DNA of 64,000 nucleotides from Candidatus Limnocylindrus sp. (GCA_040397175.1 JBBAWM010000001.1:281976-345975), one strand, 5' to 3'; shown: positions 25,964 through 36,180, numbered from the stretch's first letter. Program-made: numbers and translations. Notes: a model not told the origin generated them from the letters alone.

Positions 25964-27363
25964 CGGGTTGCCTCCGTCATCTTCTCCGGGCGAACGATGG
26001 CGTCGAACTGTTCGTCACTGATGTAGCCGAGCTCCAGAGCGGTTGCACGAAGCGTGCCACCACTGGCGTGAGCACGCTTGGCGATCTCCGCCGCCTTGTC
26101 GTAGCCGATCACCGGGGTGAGGGCTGTGACCAGCATCAGCGAGTCGTTAAGCAGCTCGGTGATGCGCGCCGAGTCTGGCTCGGTGCCAGCGAGGCAGTGA
26201 TCGGCAAACGAGCGTGCCGCATCGCCCAGCAGGCGGATCTGCGCCAGCAGGTCGAGCGCGATCAGCGGCTTGAAGACGTTGAGCTGGAAGTTCCCCTGAC
26301 TTGCGGCAAAGGCGATCGCTGCGTCGAGTCCGTAGATCTGCACGCAGACCATCGTCAAAGCCTCGGCCTGGGTCGGGTTCACCTTCCCGGGCATGATCGA
26401 AGAGCCTGGCTCGTTCTCGGGGATTCGCAGCTCACCAAGACCGGCACGAGGGCCAGAGGCGAGCCAACGCACATCGTTGGCGAGCTTCATCAGCGTCGCG
26501 GCGGTGGTGCGCAGTGCAGCGGAGGTAGTGAGGGTCGCCTCCTGCCCAGCGAGTGCGGCGAACTTGTTCGGTGCGCTCATGATCGGTTCGCCGGTGAGCT
26601 TCGCGATCGCCTTGGCGGCGCGTTCGGCGAATTCAGGATGGGCGTTCAGGCCAGTGCCAACGGCGGTGCCACCGAGGGCAATCGCGCGGAGCTCACCCTG
26701 CGCCGCCTCGATGCGGGCGATGTCGCCTGCGAGGGCCGCAGCATGGGCGCTGAACTCCTGGCCAAGGGTGAGCGGCACCGCATCTTGCAGATGTGTTCGG
26801 CCGATCTTCACGATGCCGCTCCAGGCGGCGGCCTTTGCACTGATGATCGAGTGGAGGTGGCGCAATGACGGAAGGAGCGACTTGCTGACTGCGAGCGTTG
26901 CGGCGATGTGGATCGCACTCGGGAAGGCGTCGTTCGACGACTGTGAGAGGTTCACATCGTCATTCGGGTGAATTGGGCTCTTGCCGCCGCGCGTTCCGGT
27001 GGCGCGCTCGTTGGCGATGGAGGCGATCACCTCGTTCACGTTCATGTTGCTCTGGGTGCCAGAGCCAGTCTGCCAGGTTGAGAGAGGGAACTCGCTGTCG
27101 GCGCCGCCGCCCGTCACAACGCTCGCAGCCTCAACGATGAGCTTCGCCTTATCGGCGGGGAGGAGCCCGAGTTCAGCATTCACGGTGGCCGCAGCGCCCT
27201 TGATGGTGGCGAGGGCGTGGATCACCTCAAGGGGCATACGGTCGTTGCCGATGTCGAAGAAGTGCAGGGAACGAGCCGTCTGCGCGCCCCAGTGCTGATC
27301 GGCCGGAACCTCGATCTCACCGAATGAGTCGCGCTCCGTGCGTGTCTTCTTTGCGTTGCTCAT
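25960..27363 (-). CDS. fumC: Class II fumarate hydratase
   Basis: WGAQTARS, WQTGSGT, SSND, GRTHLQDA and GSSIMPGKVNP; ATG 27363 with GGAGG. Confidence 0.97.
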   Translation of the reverse strand: MSNAKKTRTERDSFGEIEVPADQHWGAQTARSLHFFDIGNDRMPLEVIHALATIKGAAATVNAELGLLPADKAKLIVEAASVVTGGGADSEFPLSTWQTGSGTQSNMNVNEVIASIANERATGTRGGKSPIHPNDDVNLSQSSNDAFPSAIHIAATLAVSKSLLPSLRHLHSIISAKAAAWSGIVKIGRTHLQDAVPLTLGQEFSAHAAALAGDIARIEAAQGELRAIALGGTAVGTGLNAHPEFAERAAKAIAKLTGEPIMSAPNKFAALAGQEATLTTSAALRTTAATLMKLANDVRWLASGPRAGLGELRIPENEPGSSIMPGKVNPTQAEALTMVCVQIYGLDAAIAFAASQGNFQLNVFKPLIALDLLAQIRLLGDAARSFADHCLAGTEPDSARITELLNDSLMLVTALTPVIGYDKAAEIAKRAHASGGTLRATALELGYISDEQFDAIVRPEKMTEATR

Positions 27364-27418
27364 GGCAGCCTCCGATACGGGCGCAGCGCGCCTCTCCTGT
27401 AAGTGTAGGATCCCACGC

Positions 27419-28243
27419 ATGAGCATGGAGCAGGGGATCCTGGCCCCCTTCACGGCGAGCGACGGGGTAACCCTCTTCCGACGCGTCTATGAGCCGCTCG
27501 GCGCGCCGCTCGGCGAGTTGCTACTCGGGCACGGGATCGGAGAGAACTCCAGCCGCTACATCCAGGCAGCACGCGCCTTCGCTGCCGCCGGATGGCGCAC
27601 AACGACCTGGGACCTGCGGGGCCACGGTCGATCCGAGGGGCCACGCGGCTACGTGAAAGACTTCCGTCGCTTCCACCTCGACCTCGCAGAGCAGGTGAGA
27701 GAGCTGCAGCGCACAGGGCGGCGGGTTGTTGTCGTCGCCCACAGCCTTGGTGGCCTCATCGCCTTCGGCGCTGTCGCTGCGGGGCTCACGAAGCCCGATT
27801 ATCTCGTGCTCTCTGCGCCAGCACTGGAGGCGAACATCGCGACCTGGAAGCGAATCGTTGCCCCAATCCTCTCGCGCGCCCTGCCAATGCTACGCATTCC
27901 AACGGGCATCGGTGCTGACACCAGCCCCGGCGAGCGACTTGAGAATCTTGACCCGAGCGCTCCGGCGACGATGCGGGCGGTAACGACCCGTCTCGGTGAC
28001 GAAGGCTTTCGCGCACAGAGGGCGGCACGCGCCGTTGTTGCCGCTGGGGGCAACTTCCCTGTGCCCACGCTGGTAACGCAGGGCGATGGCGATGCGCTGG
28101 TGCGACCGGAGTGGACCAAGCCGCTCGCAGGCCTTGGAAACATTGAGTACCTAACGTTGCGCGGGTTCAATCACCATCCGTTTGCAACCCTTGCGTATCA
28201 GGTCGCCATCGACGAGATGCTGCAAAGGATTGGGCGTCGCTAG
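27419..28243 (+). CDS. Alpha/beta hydrolase (lysophospholipase/monoglyceride lipase-like)
   Basis: HGIGE, DLRGHGRS, AHSLGG nucleophile elbow, D in GDALV and a C-terminal His. Confidence 0.85.
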   Translation: MSMEQGILAPFTASDGVTLFRRVYEPLGAPLGELLLGHGIGENSSRYIQAARAFAAAGWRTTTWDLRGHGRSEGPRGYVKDFRRFHLDLAEQVRELQRTGRRVVVVAHSLGGLIAFGAVAAGLTKPDYLVLSAPALEANIATWKRIVAPILSRALPMLRIPTGIGADTSPGERLENLDPSAPATMRAVTTRLGDEGFRAQRAARAVVAAGGNFPVPTLVTQGDGDALVRPEWTKPLAGLGNIEYLTLRGFNHHPFATLAYQVAIDEMLQRIGRR

Positions 28244-28249
28244 GCGGGT

Positions 28250-28639
28250 CTAGTACTCCTGACCAAGAGCCGCACGTGCCTTGGCGGGATCATCAACGAC
28301 AAAGGCAAAGGTCGCCCGGTCGCCCCATCGCCCCATGAAAAGGTGTCCATACACGTTGACGCCGGCAGCGGCGAGTCGATCGAGCACGGAGAGCATGCCG
28401 CCCGGCTGATCGTCGACTTCGGCAAGAACGGATTCACTTTCAATGAATGTGTAGGAGCCACCCTCAAGCACAGCGCGCGTCTTGACGTCATCGGCGGTCT
28501 TGAGGATGACATGCCCAACATTGCCGATGCCGCCGCCACCAATCGCCTTGAGGTCCACCCCTTGACGCTCAAGCTCACGGCAGAGCTCCGCGAGCGCCCC
28601 AGGCCTATGCGCGAGTTGGACCACGAACTGATGTGACAT
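28250..28639 (-). CDS. Tandem ACT-domain protein
   Basis: Two ACT-like repeats (HRPGAL...GVDL; DQPGGM...GVNV); ATG 28639. Confidence 0.8.
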   Translation of the reverse strand: MSHQFVVQLAHRPGALAELCRELERQGVDLKAIGGGGIGNVGHVILKTADDVKTRAVLEGGSYTFIESESVLAEVDDQPGGMLSVLDRLAAAGVNVYGHLFMGRWGDRATFAFVVDDPAKARAALGQEY

Positions 28640-28768
28640 AGGTGGAGGGTAGCGCGCGCTGCCGCGCTTCGCTAGGGGCGGCTCGCGCGACGGAGCGCCC
28701 CACGGAGGCGACGGCGGCGGTAGGCTCACGGAGAGCCCCAACTGGGGCCGAGCGGTAGGAGGGTGCAG

Positions 28769-30193
28769 ATGCGCGCGTGGAAGCAGATCATCAACGGCAG
28801 GTCGGTCGCGGCAAAGTCTGGGAAGGCCATCTCTGTCGAAGATCCGTCAACGCGCGAGGTGTTGGGCAGCGTTCCACAAAGTGGTCGCGCCGATGTTGAT
28901 GCGGCAGTTGCGGCTGCGGCAGCGGCCTTCCCAGCATGGAGCGCCACCACCCCCGCCGAGCGCGCGCTCGCGCTGTTGAAGCTTGCCGACGCACTTGAGT
29001 CGGCGAAGCGCAAGTTCGTGAAGGCTGAGTCCGAGAACGCCGGTAAGCCAATCAGCGCCGTCGGCATGGAGGTTGATGCCGTCGTCGACAACCTGCGCTA
29101 CTTCGCAGGCGCTGGACGCAACATGGAGGGGAAGGCTGTCGCCGAATACCTCCCAGGGCGCACGAGCATGATTCGCCGCGATCCGGTCGGGGTCGTCGCC
29201 TCCATTGCGCCGTGGAACTACCCGCTGCTGATGGCTGGTTGGAAGATTGGCCCGGCGCTCGTCACAGGGAACACCGTTGTCTTGAAGCCGTCGGCGCGCA
29301 CGCCAATTACGGCGCTGATGCTCGGAGCACTGGCACAGGAGTTCCTCCCCGCGGGCGTCTTGAATGTCATTACGGGCACCGGAGATGAGGCTGGCGCCTA
29401 TCTTGCGCAGCACCCTGGCGTCGCAATGGTCTCGGTGACAGGCGATACCGCCACCGGGAAACGCATCGCCGCGGCTGGCGCCGCAACGGTGAAACGCCTC
29501 CATCTAGAGCTTGGTGGCAAGGCGCCCGTGCTCGTCTTCGACGATGCCGACGTGGAACTTGTTGCGAGCACGATGCGTGCCGCAAGCTTCTGGAATGCGG
29601 GGCAAGACTGCACCGCAGCCTGCCGCATCATCGCTGGGCCAAAGATCTACGAGCGACTTGTCGACGCACTCATCAAGCAGGTGAAGACGATCAAGGTTGG
29701 ACCGACCAGCGACAAGGCGACCGAGATGGGGCCGCTGATTAGCGCCGCACAGCGCACCCGCGTTGATGGCTTCGTGCAGCGAGCGGGCAAGAAGGCCGAA
29801 GTTGTTCTTGGTGGCAAGGGCGTCGCTGGAAAGGGCCATTTCTACCGCCCAACGATTATCGCTGGACCGGCGCAGGGCTCAGAGATCGTTCAAGAGGAGG
29901 TCTTCGGGCCGGTCGTATCGGTGCAGCGCGCCAAGAGCGCCGATCAGATTTTGGAGTGGGCGAACGACTGCCAGTTCGGCCTCGCATCGTCGCTTTGGAC
30001 GAGCGATATCGCCCGAGCCTTCAAGGTGAGCAAGGCGCTGCAGTTCGGCACCGTCTGGGTGAACGATCACTTCACGCTGGCGAGCGAGATGCCGCACGGC
30101 GGCTTCAAGCAGTCCGGCTACGGCAAGGATCAGTCGATGTACGCCCTTGAGGACTACACCGTGGCGAAGCACATCATGGTGCGCAGCGAGTAG
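28769..30193 (+). CDS. NAD-dependent aldehyde dehydrogenase, gamma-aminobutyraldehyde dehydrogenase-like
   Basis: PWNYP, LELGGK, NAGQDC, EEVFGP and PHGGFKQSGYGKD; polyamine genes elsewhere in the window. Confidence 0.85.
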   Translation: MRAWKQIINGRSVAAKSGKAISVEDPSTREVLGSVPQSGRADVDAAVAAAAAAFPAWSATTPAERALALLKLADALESAKRKFVKAESENAGKPISAVGMEVDAVVDNLRYFAGAGRNMEGKAVAEYLPGRTSMIRRDPVGVVASIAPWNYPLLMAGWKIGPALVTGNTVVLKPSARTPITALMLGALAQEFLPAGVLNVITGTGDEAGAYLAQHPGVAMVSVTGDTATGKRIAAAGAATVKRLHLELGGKAPVLVFDDADVELVASTMRAASFWNAGQDCTAACRIIAGPKIYERLVDALIKQVKTIKVGPTSDKATEMGPLISAAQRTRVDGFVQRAGKKAEVVLGGKGVAGKGHFYRPTIIAGPAQGSEIVQEEVFGPVVSVQRAKSADQILEWANDCQFGLASSLWTSDIARAFKVSKALQFGTVWVNDHFTLASEMPHGGFKQSGYGKDQSMYALEDYTVAKHIMVRSE

Positions 30194-30230
30194 GCGATCC
30201 TCATCGGGCTGATGCCGTAGGCTGCGCTAG

Positions 30231-30869
30231 ATGCAGCACGATGCGCCAACGCCACCACCGTTCGAAGAGGGGCTCCCGCAGGAGCTCTGGTTCAGCGTTG
30301 ACGTGGAGTGCTCGGGTCAGACGCCACTCGATGGGAGCCTGATCAGCATCGGTGCCTGCCTCGTAGACGACCCCAAGAAGAGCTTCTACGTCGAGCTGCG
30401 CCCGGATGTCACGAAGCAGTGGGGCCACAAAGAGGAGCGCGTCCATCGCCTCTCCCGTGCGCACCTTGAGGCGAACGGCATCGATCGCCTCGACGGGGTA
30501 CGCCAGTTCGCCCTCTGGGTCCGCGCTACCGCCGAGGCCACCGCACCCGAGTCGAGTCCACTCTTTGTTGGCTTTAACACCCCATTCGATTGGATGTGGC
30601 TCACGATGGCGTTCGCCGAGGCCGGCGTGAAGAATCCCTTCGGCATGTCGGCGATGGACCTAAAGAGCGTCTACTACACGCTACACGGCGGCGAGAACCT
30701 TACGTGGAAGAAGACGGTCAAGCGCTTCGTGCGCCAGGTATACCCAACCGACCTTGTCGCTGATCACCATGCCCTCGCCGACGCGATTGAACAGGCGGAG
30801 CTTGCGCGCGACCTACGAAGCAAGGCGCTCAAGAATCGCATTCCGCCAACAATCCCCGAGCGACGATGA
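30231..30869 (+). CDS. DEDDh 3'-5' exonuclease (RNase AS/DnaQ-like)
   Basis: SVDVEC, FD and HHALADA. Confidence 0.8.
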   Translation: MQHDAPTPPPFEEGLPQELWFSVDVECSGQTPLDGSLISIGACLVDDPKKSFYVELRPDVTKQWGHKEERVHRLSRAHLEANGIDRLDGVRQFALWVRATAEATAPESSPLFVGFNTPFDWMWLTMAFAEAGVKNPFGMSAMDLKSVYYTLHGGENLTWKKTVKRFVRQVYPTDLVADHHALADAIEQAELARDLRSKALKNRIPPTIPERR

Positions 30870-31780
30870 GAAAGGCCGCGCGGGGCGCGGCAGCCCAGCC
30901 ACTCGATGGGGAGTTCGTCCGCAAGGTGAACCGTGCGTTGCTCACCTGGTACGCCGCTAGCGCCCGGCCGCTAAAGATCCGTGAGCGATCGGATCCGTAC
31001 AGCGTGCTGGTGAGCGAGGTGATGGCACAGCAGACCCAAATCTCGCGTGTTGATCAGTTGGCGACCGCCTTCCTTGCTCGATTTCCAACACTCGAGTCAC
31101 TCGCAGCGGCTGAGACCGCAGATGTGCTGGTGGCGTGGAAGGGGCTCGGATACAACCGACGTGCGCTGGCGCTGCAACGCGCCGCCGCGGCCGCTGTTGC
31201 CGCTGGTGGCCTGCCATCGAACGTTGGTGGGCTGATGGAGCTCCCTGGAATCGGCCCGTACACGGCACGCGCCGTTGCCGCAATCGCGTTCGGTGGTCGA
31301 GAGGTTCCCGTCGACGTCAACATTGCGCGCATCGTCGCGCGACTAGTTGGTGCGGATTCGCCACTGGCACCCCGCGATGCGCAAAGGCGCGCCAACGAGT
31401 TTGGCGCCGAACTCGCAGATGGCGAGGCTGGCGCGTGGGCGCAGGCGGCAATGGACCTCGCTTCGTCGGTATGCCGAGCCGCTGCACCACTCTGTGGTGA
31501 GTGTCCGTTGCGCGACCACTGTCCGTCCGCCGGCCGTGCCTTTGCGAAGCCGCCGCGCAGTGGCGAACCGCGAACCCCCTTCACGAAGACCGCGCGATGG
31601 CTGCGCGGACGCCTACTTGATGAGTTGCGCGAGGCTGGCCGGGCAGGGGCGCAGGTCGCTGGTGAGCGTGGCGAGCACAACGAAGCGGCGGTCGCGGCTA
31701 CCATCAACAAGATGGTCTCCGAGGGGCTCGCCGAGTCGCTGGGAGGGGATCGCTACCGTCTGCCGCACCGCGGCGACTGA
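30866..31780 (+). CDS. mutY: A/G-specific adenine glycosylase, short form without Nudix-like domain
   Basis: VSEVMAQQT, WKGLGY, LPGIGPYTA, VDVN and CxxxxxxCxxCxxxxxC Fe-S motif. Confidence 0.9.
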   Translation: MRKAARGAAAQPLDGEFVRKVNRALLTWYAASARPLKIRERSDPYSVLVSEVMAQQTQISRVDQLATAFLARFPTLESLAAAETADVLVAWKGLGYNRRALALQRAAAAAVAAGGLPSNVGGLMELPGIGPYTARAVAAIAFGGREVPVDVNIARIVARLVGADSPLAPRDAQRRANEFGAELADGEAGAWAQAAMDLASSVCRAAAPLCGECPLRDHCPSAGRAFAKPPRSGEPRTPFTKTARWLRGRLLDELREAGRAGAQVAGERGEHNEAAVAATINKMVSEGLAESLGGDRYRLPHRGD

Positions 31781-31790
31781 GGGGAGGGTC

Positions 31791-34511
31791 GTGGACGACC
31801 TTGAGCTGCTGAATCAGATCTTCGAGGAGACCCTGACCGAACAGGAGGGGCTCCCGTTCGTCGCTCGCTTCCGCGAGGCCCTCCATGCCAAGCGCGCCGC
31901 TGAGTTCAATCTGACCGCAGCCTCTACCGAGCAGTACGACGAGGTCGAGCGCATCGTGCGAGCGCTGACACTGCGCTTTCGGCTCACCAGCCTGGTTGAG
32001 GAGCGCCGTCGTGCGGCACAACTCACTGCAAGCGCGCATCCCGCGGCCGCCCCAGGCCCTGGCAGCTTTGACGCCGCGCTCGCCGATCTAGCTGCCGCTG
32101 GGCTCAGCGTTGCGGCGATTCGAGCCGTCGCCGCGCAGGTGAGCTACCTCCCAGTCCTCACCGCTCACCCCACCGAGGCGCGCCGTCGCACGCTGATCGA
32201 TACGCTCAGTCGCATCCGCACCCTGCTCGACCGACGCGCTCTTGGCGGCACCTTTGGTGCCGAGGTCGACCTGCGCCTGCGCGAAGAGATGACCAACCTC
32301 TGGCGCATGGGCGGCATTCGCACTCGGCGCGTGACCGCCCTCGACGAGGTTCGCTCGGCCATGGTGCACTTCGACGGAACGATCTTTCGCCTCTTGCCAC
32401 GCCTCTTGCGGAGCCTCGACGATGCGCTCGGTCGACTCGAGAAGGCCACTCCACCGTCGGGACTCCGCGCCCCGCTGACGCTTCCAGCGCTCCGTTGGGG
32501 GACCTGGATCGGCGGTGACCGCGATGGGAACCCAAACGTGAATGCCGAAACCAGTCGTGAAGCGATGCGCATCCAGGCTGACCACGCACTGCGCGCCCTT
32601 GAGGCGGTTGCCTCGCGACTAATGATGACCATCTCCGCAACGGTTGATGGCGGCGAGCTTGATGGGGCACTCGGCGCATCGCTCATTCGCGATGCCAAGG
32701 ATCTTGGTGAGATCGAACGAACCCTCTCGATCCGCTTCCCCGATGAGCCGTATCGCCGCCGTCTCGGCGCAATCGCGCAACGCATCGCGCGCACGCGTCG
32801 CGCACGCATTGAGGGGGCCAGCCAGGTAGGCAGCTATGCGACGCCACAAGCGCTGATCAACGAGCTCCGCGAACTTCGCGCGAGCCTCGCCGCCGATGGG
32901 CTTGAGCGTTCTGCATATGGCGAACTGCTTGAATTTGAGTGGCAGGTAGAAGCTTTCGGCTTTCACTTCGCGATGATGGAGATCCGCCAGGCGCGTGGTG
33001 CACACCACGCTGCGATCACGCATCTCACTGCCGACCTAGGGGAGCCAGGCCAAAGTGCGGCACTGAAGCCGGCTCAGGTCACCGCCGCACTGGCACATGA
33101 AGCTGTTCCGGGCGTGACCGTTGGTGAAGTGCTGGCGACGATTCGCGTCGCCGCAGAGATCCAGCGGACGCACGGCGAGGAGAGCCTCGGTCGGTACGTG
33201 ATTAGTGGCTTTGAAGGCGTTGAAGATCTGCATGAGCTCTTAGCGCTCTTCACCTGGGCTGAGGATCAGCGCATTGGCGCCGACCTGACGTCAGGGGCTG
33301 TTGCAGGCTCACCGAGTATCGACATCGTGCCGCTGCTGGAATCGGCGCGCGTGCTGGAGCGCGCCGCTGAACTTGTTGACGAGATCGTTGAAAACCCAGT
33401 GCTGCAGGCACGCATCGCGGAGCGCGGACGACGCCTCGAAGTGATGCTCGGCTACTCCGATACGAATAAGGAGTCGGGCTATCTCTCGAGCGTGTGGTTG
33501 CTGCATCTGGCTGAGGCGGCACTAGTGGATCGCGCCAAGGCGCACAACCTAAAACTCACCCTCTTCCACGGACGCGGCGGCGCGATCGGTCGCGGCGGTG
33601 GTCCAACGCATCGCGCGATCTTGGGGCAACATCCTGCAGGCCTCGAGGGCGGCTTCAAGGTGACGGAACAGGGCGAGGTGATCGCCTCGCGCTACGCAGA
33701 CCCAGCGATTGCATTTAGCGAGGCGGAACAGATCATCTCGGCGCTGCTCACCATGCGCAGTCCGCTGGCCGAGCAGCGACGCGCGGAGTGGGAGGGGGAG
33801 TTTGCCCCCGCGGTTGGCGCAGTGGCGCAACGGGCGCGCGAGACCTATCAGCAGTTGATCCCGAACGATCCTGCATTCGAGACGTTCTTCCGCGCCGCCA
33901 CACCGATCGCCGAGCTGGGCGGGTTGAATCTGGGCTCACGCCCCGCCGTGCGCGGAGGGGTGGCGAAGGGTGGCTCCGGTCTCACGGGCCTGCGAGCCAT
34001 CCCCTGGGTCTTCTCGTGGAGTCAGGCGCGCGTGAATCTCCCTGGTTGGTACGGGCTCGGTGCGCTGCGCGCAGCGCTCGACGACGCTGCAGCTATGACC
34101 ACGCTGAGCGACGCATATCGACGCTGGCCCTTCTTCCAGTCGATCGTTGATAGCGCGGCGATGATCCTCGCCAAGGCCTCACCAGATGTTGCCGAAGAGT
34201 TCGCCGCACTTGGCGGCGCCGGGAGTGATGTCGATGCGACGAGGGTCTGGGCGACGATCGTGGCCGAGCGAACCGCTGCGGGTGAGGCGTTACGACGCAT
34301 CGCTGGCACAGCCGAGCTGCTCGCCAGTGACCCTGAGCTGCGGGCCTCAATTGAGGGTCGGGCCCCCGAGGTGAATGCCCTCTCGCGAGTGCAGGTGCAA
34401 CTCCTGCGTGCCCTGCGCAGCACCACCGATGAGGGCCAGCGCGCAGAGCTCTCGCACCTCGTTCGCCTCACGGTCAGCGGGGTCGCGGCTGGCCTGCGCA
34501 ACACCGGCTAG
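31791..34511 (+). CDS. ppc: Phosphoenolpyruvate carboxylase
   Basis: VLTAHPTE, GGDRDGNP, MLGYSD..K, FHGRGG, TEQGE, LRAIPW and terminal RNTG; GTG 31791 after GGGGAGGG. Confidence 0.95.
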   Translation: MDDLELLNQIFEETLTEQEGLPFVARFREALHAKRAAEFNLTAASTEQYDEVERIVRALTLRFRLTSLVEERRRAAQLTASAHPAAAPGPGSFDAALADLAAAGLSVAAIRAVAAQVSYLPVLTAHPTEARRRTLIDTLSRIRTLLDRRALGGTFGAEVDLRLREEMTNLWRMGGIRTRRVTALDEVRSAMVHFDGTIFRLLPRLLRSLDDALGRLEKATPPSGLRAPLTLPALRWGTWIGGDRDGNPNVNAETSREAMRIQADHALRALEAVASRLMMTISATVDGGELDGALGASLIRDAKDLGEIERTLSIRFPDEPYRRRLGAIAQRIARTRRARIEGASQVGSYATPQALINELRELRASLAADGLERSAYGELLEFEWQVEAFGFHFAMMEIRQARGAHHAAITHLTADLGEPGQSAALKPAQVTAALAHEAVPGVTVGEVLATIRVAAEIQRTHGEESLGRYVISGFEGVEDLHELLALFTWAEDQRIGADLTSGAVAGSPSIDIVPLLESARVLERAAELVDEIVENPVLQARIAERGRRLEVMLGYSDTNKESGYLSSVWLLHLAEAALVDRAKAHNLKLTLFHGRGGAIGRGGGPTHRAILGQHPAGLEGGFKVTEQGEVIASRYADPAIAFSEAEQIISALLTMRSPLAEQRRAEWEGEFAPAVGAVAQRARETYQQLIPNDPAFETFFRAATPIAELGGLNLGSRPAVRGGVAKGGSGLTGLRAIPWVFSWSQARVNLPGWYGLGALRAALDDAAAMTTLSDAYRRWPFFQSIVDSAAMILAKASPDVAEEFAALGGAGSDVDATRVWATIVAERTAAGEALRRIAGTAELLASDPELRASIEGRAPEVNALSRVQVQLLRALRSTTDEGQRAELSHLVRLTVSGVAAGLRNTG

Positions 34512-34532
34512 CCACGCGTCTATCCTCTACCC

Positions 34533-35345
34533 ATGTTGAAGCGACCCTCTCGACCAAGCGTGCGCGGCGTCATGAGCCCCGAACAGATTTCGGCGTGGGT
34601 TGCTCCCGTCGCCACACGCTGGCGTAAGCATCGCGATCTCGCTCCAGTTTCGATGGCGGCGATGCGGGGAATTGAGGCGAAGGCGTTGCGACTCGGGCAC
34701 ACATCTGAGCAGTTGCTTGCCAGTGGAGGTGAAGCGATCGCTGAACTTGCACAGCTGCTCGCCAAGGGTCGCATCGCATCCGGTGCCGCCGCCAGTGGCG
34801 CACCACTCTTCATCCTTGCTGGATCCGGAGCCGAGTCGGCCCTTGCCCTCGAGGCCAGCTTACGCATTGCCGCAGGTGGCACACCGATTGTCGTGGCCCT
34901 CTGCGGCACACGCGCGCGGCCAGAGCACGCAGCAGCATCTGCCGCCTGGGATCGACTTGAGTCGCTAACGAATGCGCGACGATTCCGCGTACCCGACATG
35001 CGCGAAGCGGCGCACTTTCGCGCGGGAATTGAAGATGTTGCGCTGGTGATTGAGGCGCTCGGTGGCTCCACCGATGCCGTCGTGCCACCGGTGCCAACGC
35101 AGGCTGGGATTGATCTGGTGATTCGTGCACGCGCCGCTGGGGTGCCCTGTCTTGCAATCACCGCGCCAGTTGGCCTTGACCCGGAGACTGGGAGCCGACG
35201 ACGGGGTGCACCTGGCGCAGATGTCACCGTGACGCTGCACCGCCCGCTGACCACCCTCCTCACCGAAGCGTCGCACAAGCTTGTTGGCGAACTCCTCGTT
35301 GCGCCTCTCGACCTGCCGCGCGACGCCGACACCCTGGCACAGTGA
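34533..35345 (+). CDS. YjeF_N/NnrE-like protein with degenerate active site
   Basis: Overall NnrE spacing (MRGIE...LLASGG; ILAGSG; TAPVGLDPETG; ADVTVTL...GELLVAPL), but GxGNNGGDG is absent. Confidence 0.6.
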   Translation: MLKRPSRPSVRGVMSPEQISAWVAPVATRWRKHRDLAPVSMAAMRGIEAKALRLGHTSEQLLASGGEAIAELAQLLAKGRIASGAAASGAPLFILAGSGAESALALEASLRIAAGGTPIVVALCGTRARPEHAAASAAWDRLESLTNARRFRVPDMREAAHFRAGIEDVALVIEALGGSTDAVVPPVPTQAGIDLVIRARAAGVPCLAITAPVGLDPETGSRRRGAPGADVTVTLHRPLTTLLTEASHKLVGELLVAPLDLPRDADTLAQ

Positions 35346-35536
35346 GCCAGCCCACCAGTCCGCTTCGCTCGGCAACGATTGCCGCGCTCGCCGCAGGAGT
35401 AGCGGTGTTGGCACTTCAAGAGATCAGTGCGCTCATTCCGCCAATTGGCTCAGCAATACGACACCTACCAGTTGTGGCGATCGTATTAGTCATGGCAACG
35501 ATCTATATCGTGGTGAAGCTGATTCGCTCGCGTTAG
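35342..35536 (+). CDS. Small two-TM membrane protein
   Basis: GTGA coupling to the upstream gene; two hydrophobic segments; fills the gap to plsY. Confidence 0.6.
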   Translation: MSQPTSPLRSATIAALAAGVAVLALQEISALIPPIGSAIRHLPVVAIVLVMATIYIVVKLIRSR

Positions 35537-36180
35537 TCGCGCTGCAACATCCCCGTATCAAAGGTGCGCTCCGTGCCGGCGCGCAGTCGCGCGATGTTGT
35601 CGGCATGTGCAAGCCACACAAGCGCCGGCCCAATCACGGCGTAGGTGGCGACTGCCGGATCAAGGCCACGTGGCGAGGCAGCGCTTGCAACGATCAGAAT
35701 TGGCGTAAAGGCGGCTGCCGCCGTAATTGATCCGAGCGACACAAGGCGCGTGCGCCAGATCAGCACGAAGAAGAACGGCGCGGCGCCGGCGAGGGCGGCT
35801 GGGGCGATGGCGAGCGCGGTGCCAAAACCCGTGGCAATGCCACGGCCACCCTTGAAGCCGACCCAGACCGAACGAGTCGACCCGATTACCGCAAACAGCG
35901 CTGCCACCACCTCCCACCAAGCGCCTGCGCTGTCGCCAACCGAGGCGGCGAGGCCGCGCACCGCGAGAACGGGGAGGGTCCCCTTGAGGATGTCTCCGGC
36001 GGAAACCACGGCGGCACGGCGGCGGCCAAGCGCGCGCAGGGCATTGGTGCCGCCCGTGCGGCCGGAACCGACGGAGCGGGGATCGGCGCCCCCGGTGAGG
36101 CGCGCCACGATCAGCCCGAAGGGGATCGAGCCCGCCAGGTAGGCGCCGAGGGTTGCTGCAACTGCGAGTCGAATGTCCAT
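35533..36180 (-). CDS. plsY: Glycerol-3-phosphate acyltransferase
   Basis: YLAGSIPFG, GSGRTGGTNALR, DILKG, FKGGRGIAT, VSLGS and HADNIARL..GTE. Confidence 0.93.
   Translation of the reverse strand: MDIRLAVAATLGAYLAGSIPFGLIVARLTGGADPRSVGSGRTGGTNALRALGRRRAAVVSAGDILKGTLPVLAVRGLAASVGDSAGAWWEVVAALFAVIGSTRSVWVGFKGGRGIATGFGTALAIAPAALAGAAPFFFVLIWRTRLVSLGSITAAAAFTPILIVASAASPRGLDPAVATYAVIGPALVWLAHADNIARLRAGTERTFDTGMLQRD

Noticed and set aside
30866-31780. MutY lacking its C-terminal Nudix-like domain as a pseudogene
   Set aside because: Catalytic and Fe-S motifs are intact, and short MutY forms are known in Actinobacteria.
31347-31790. Apparent 148-aa N-terminal extension of Ppc overlapping mutY (similar extensions for trxA, deoD, meaB, CYTH, SCO1664)
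   Set aside because: Artefact of longest-ORF calling; downstream starts have an SD, a leaderless -10 or a stop/start overlap.
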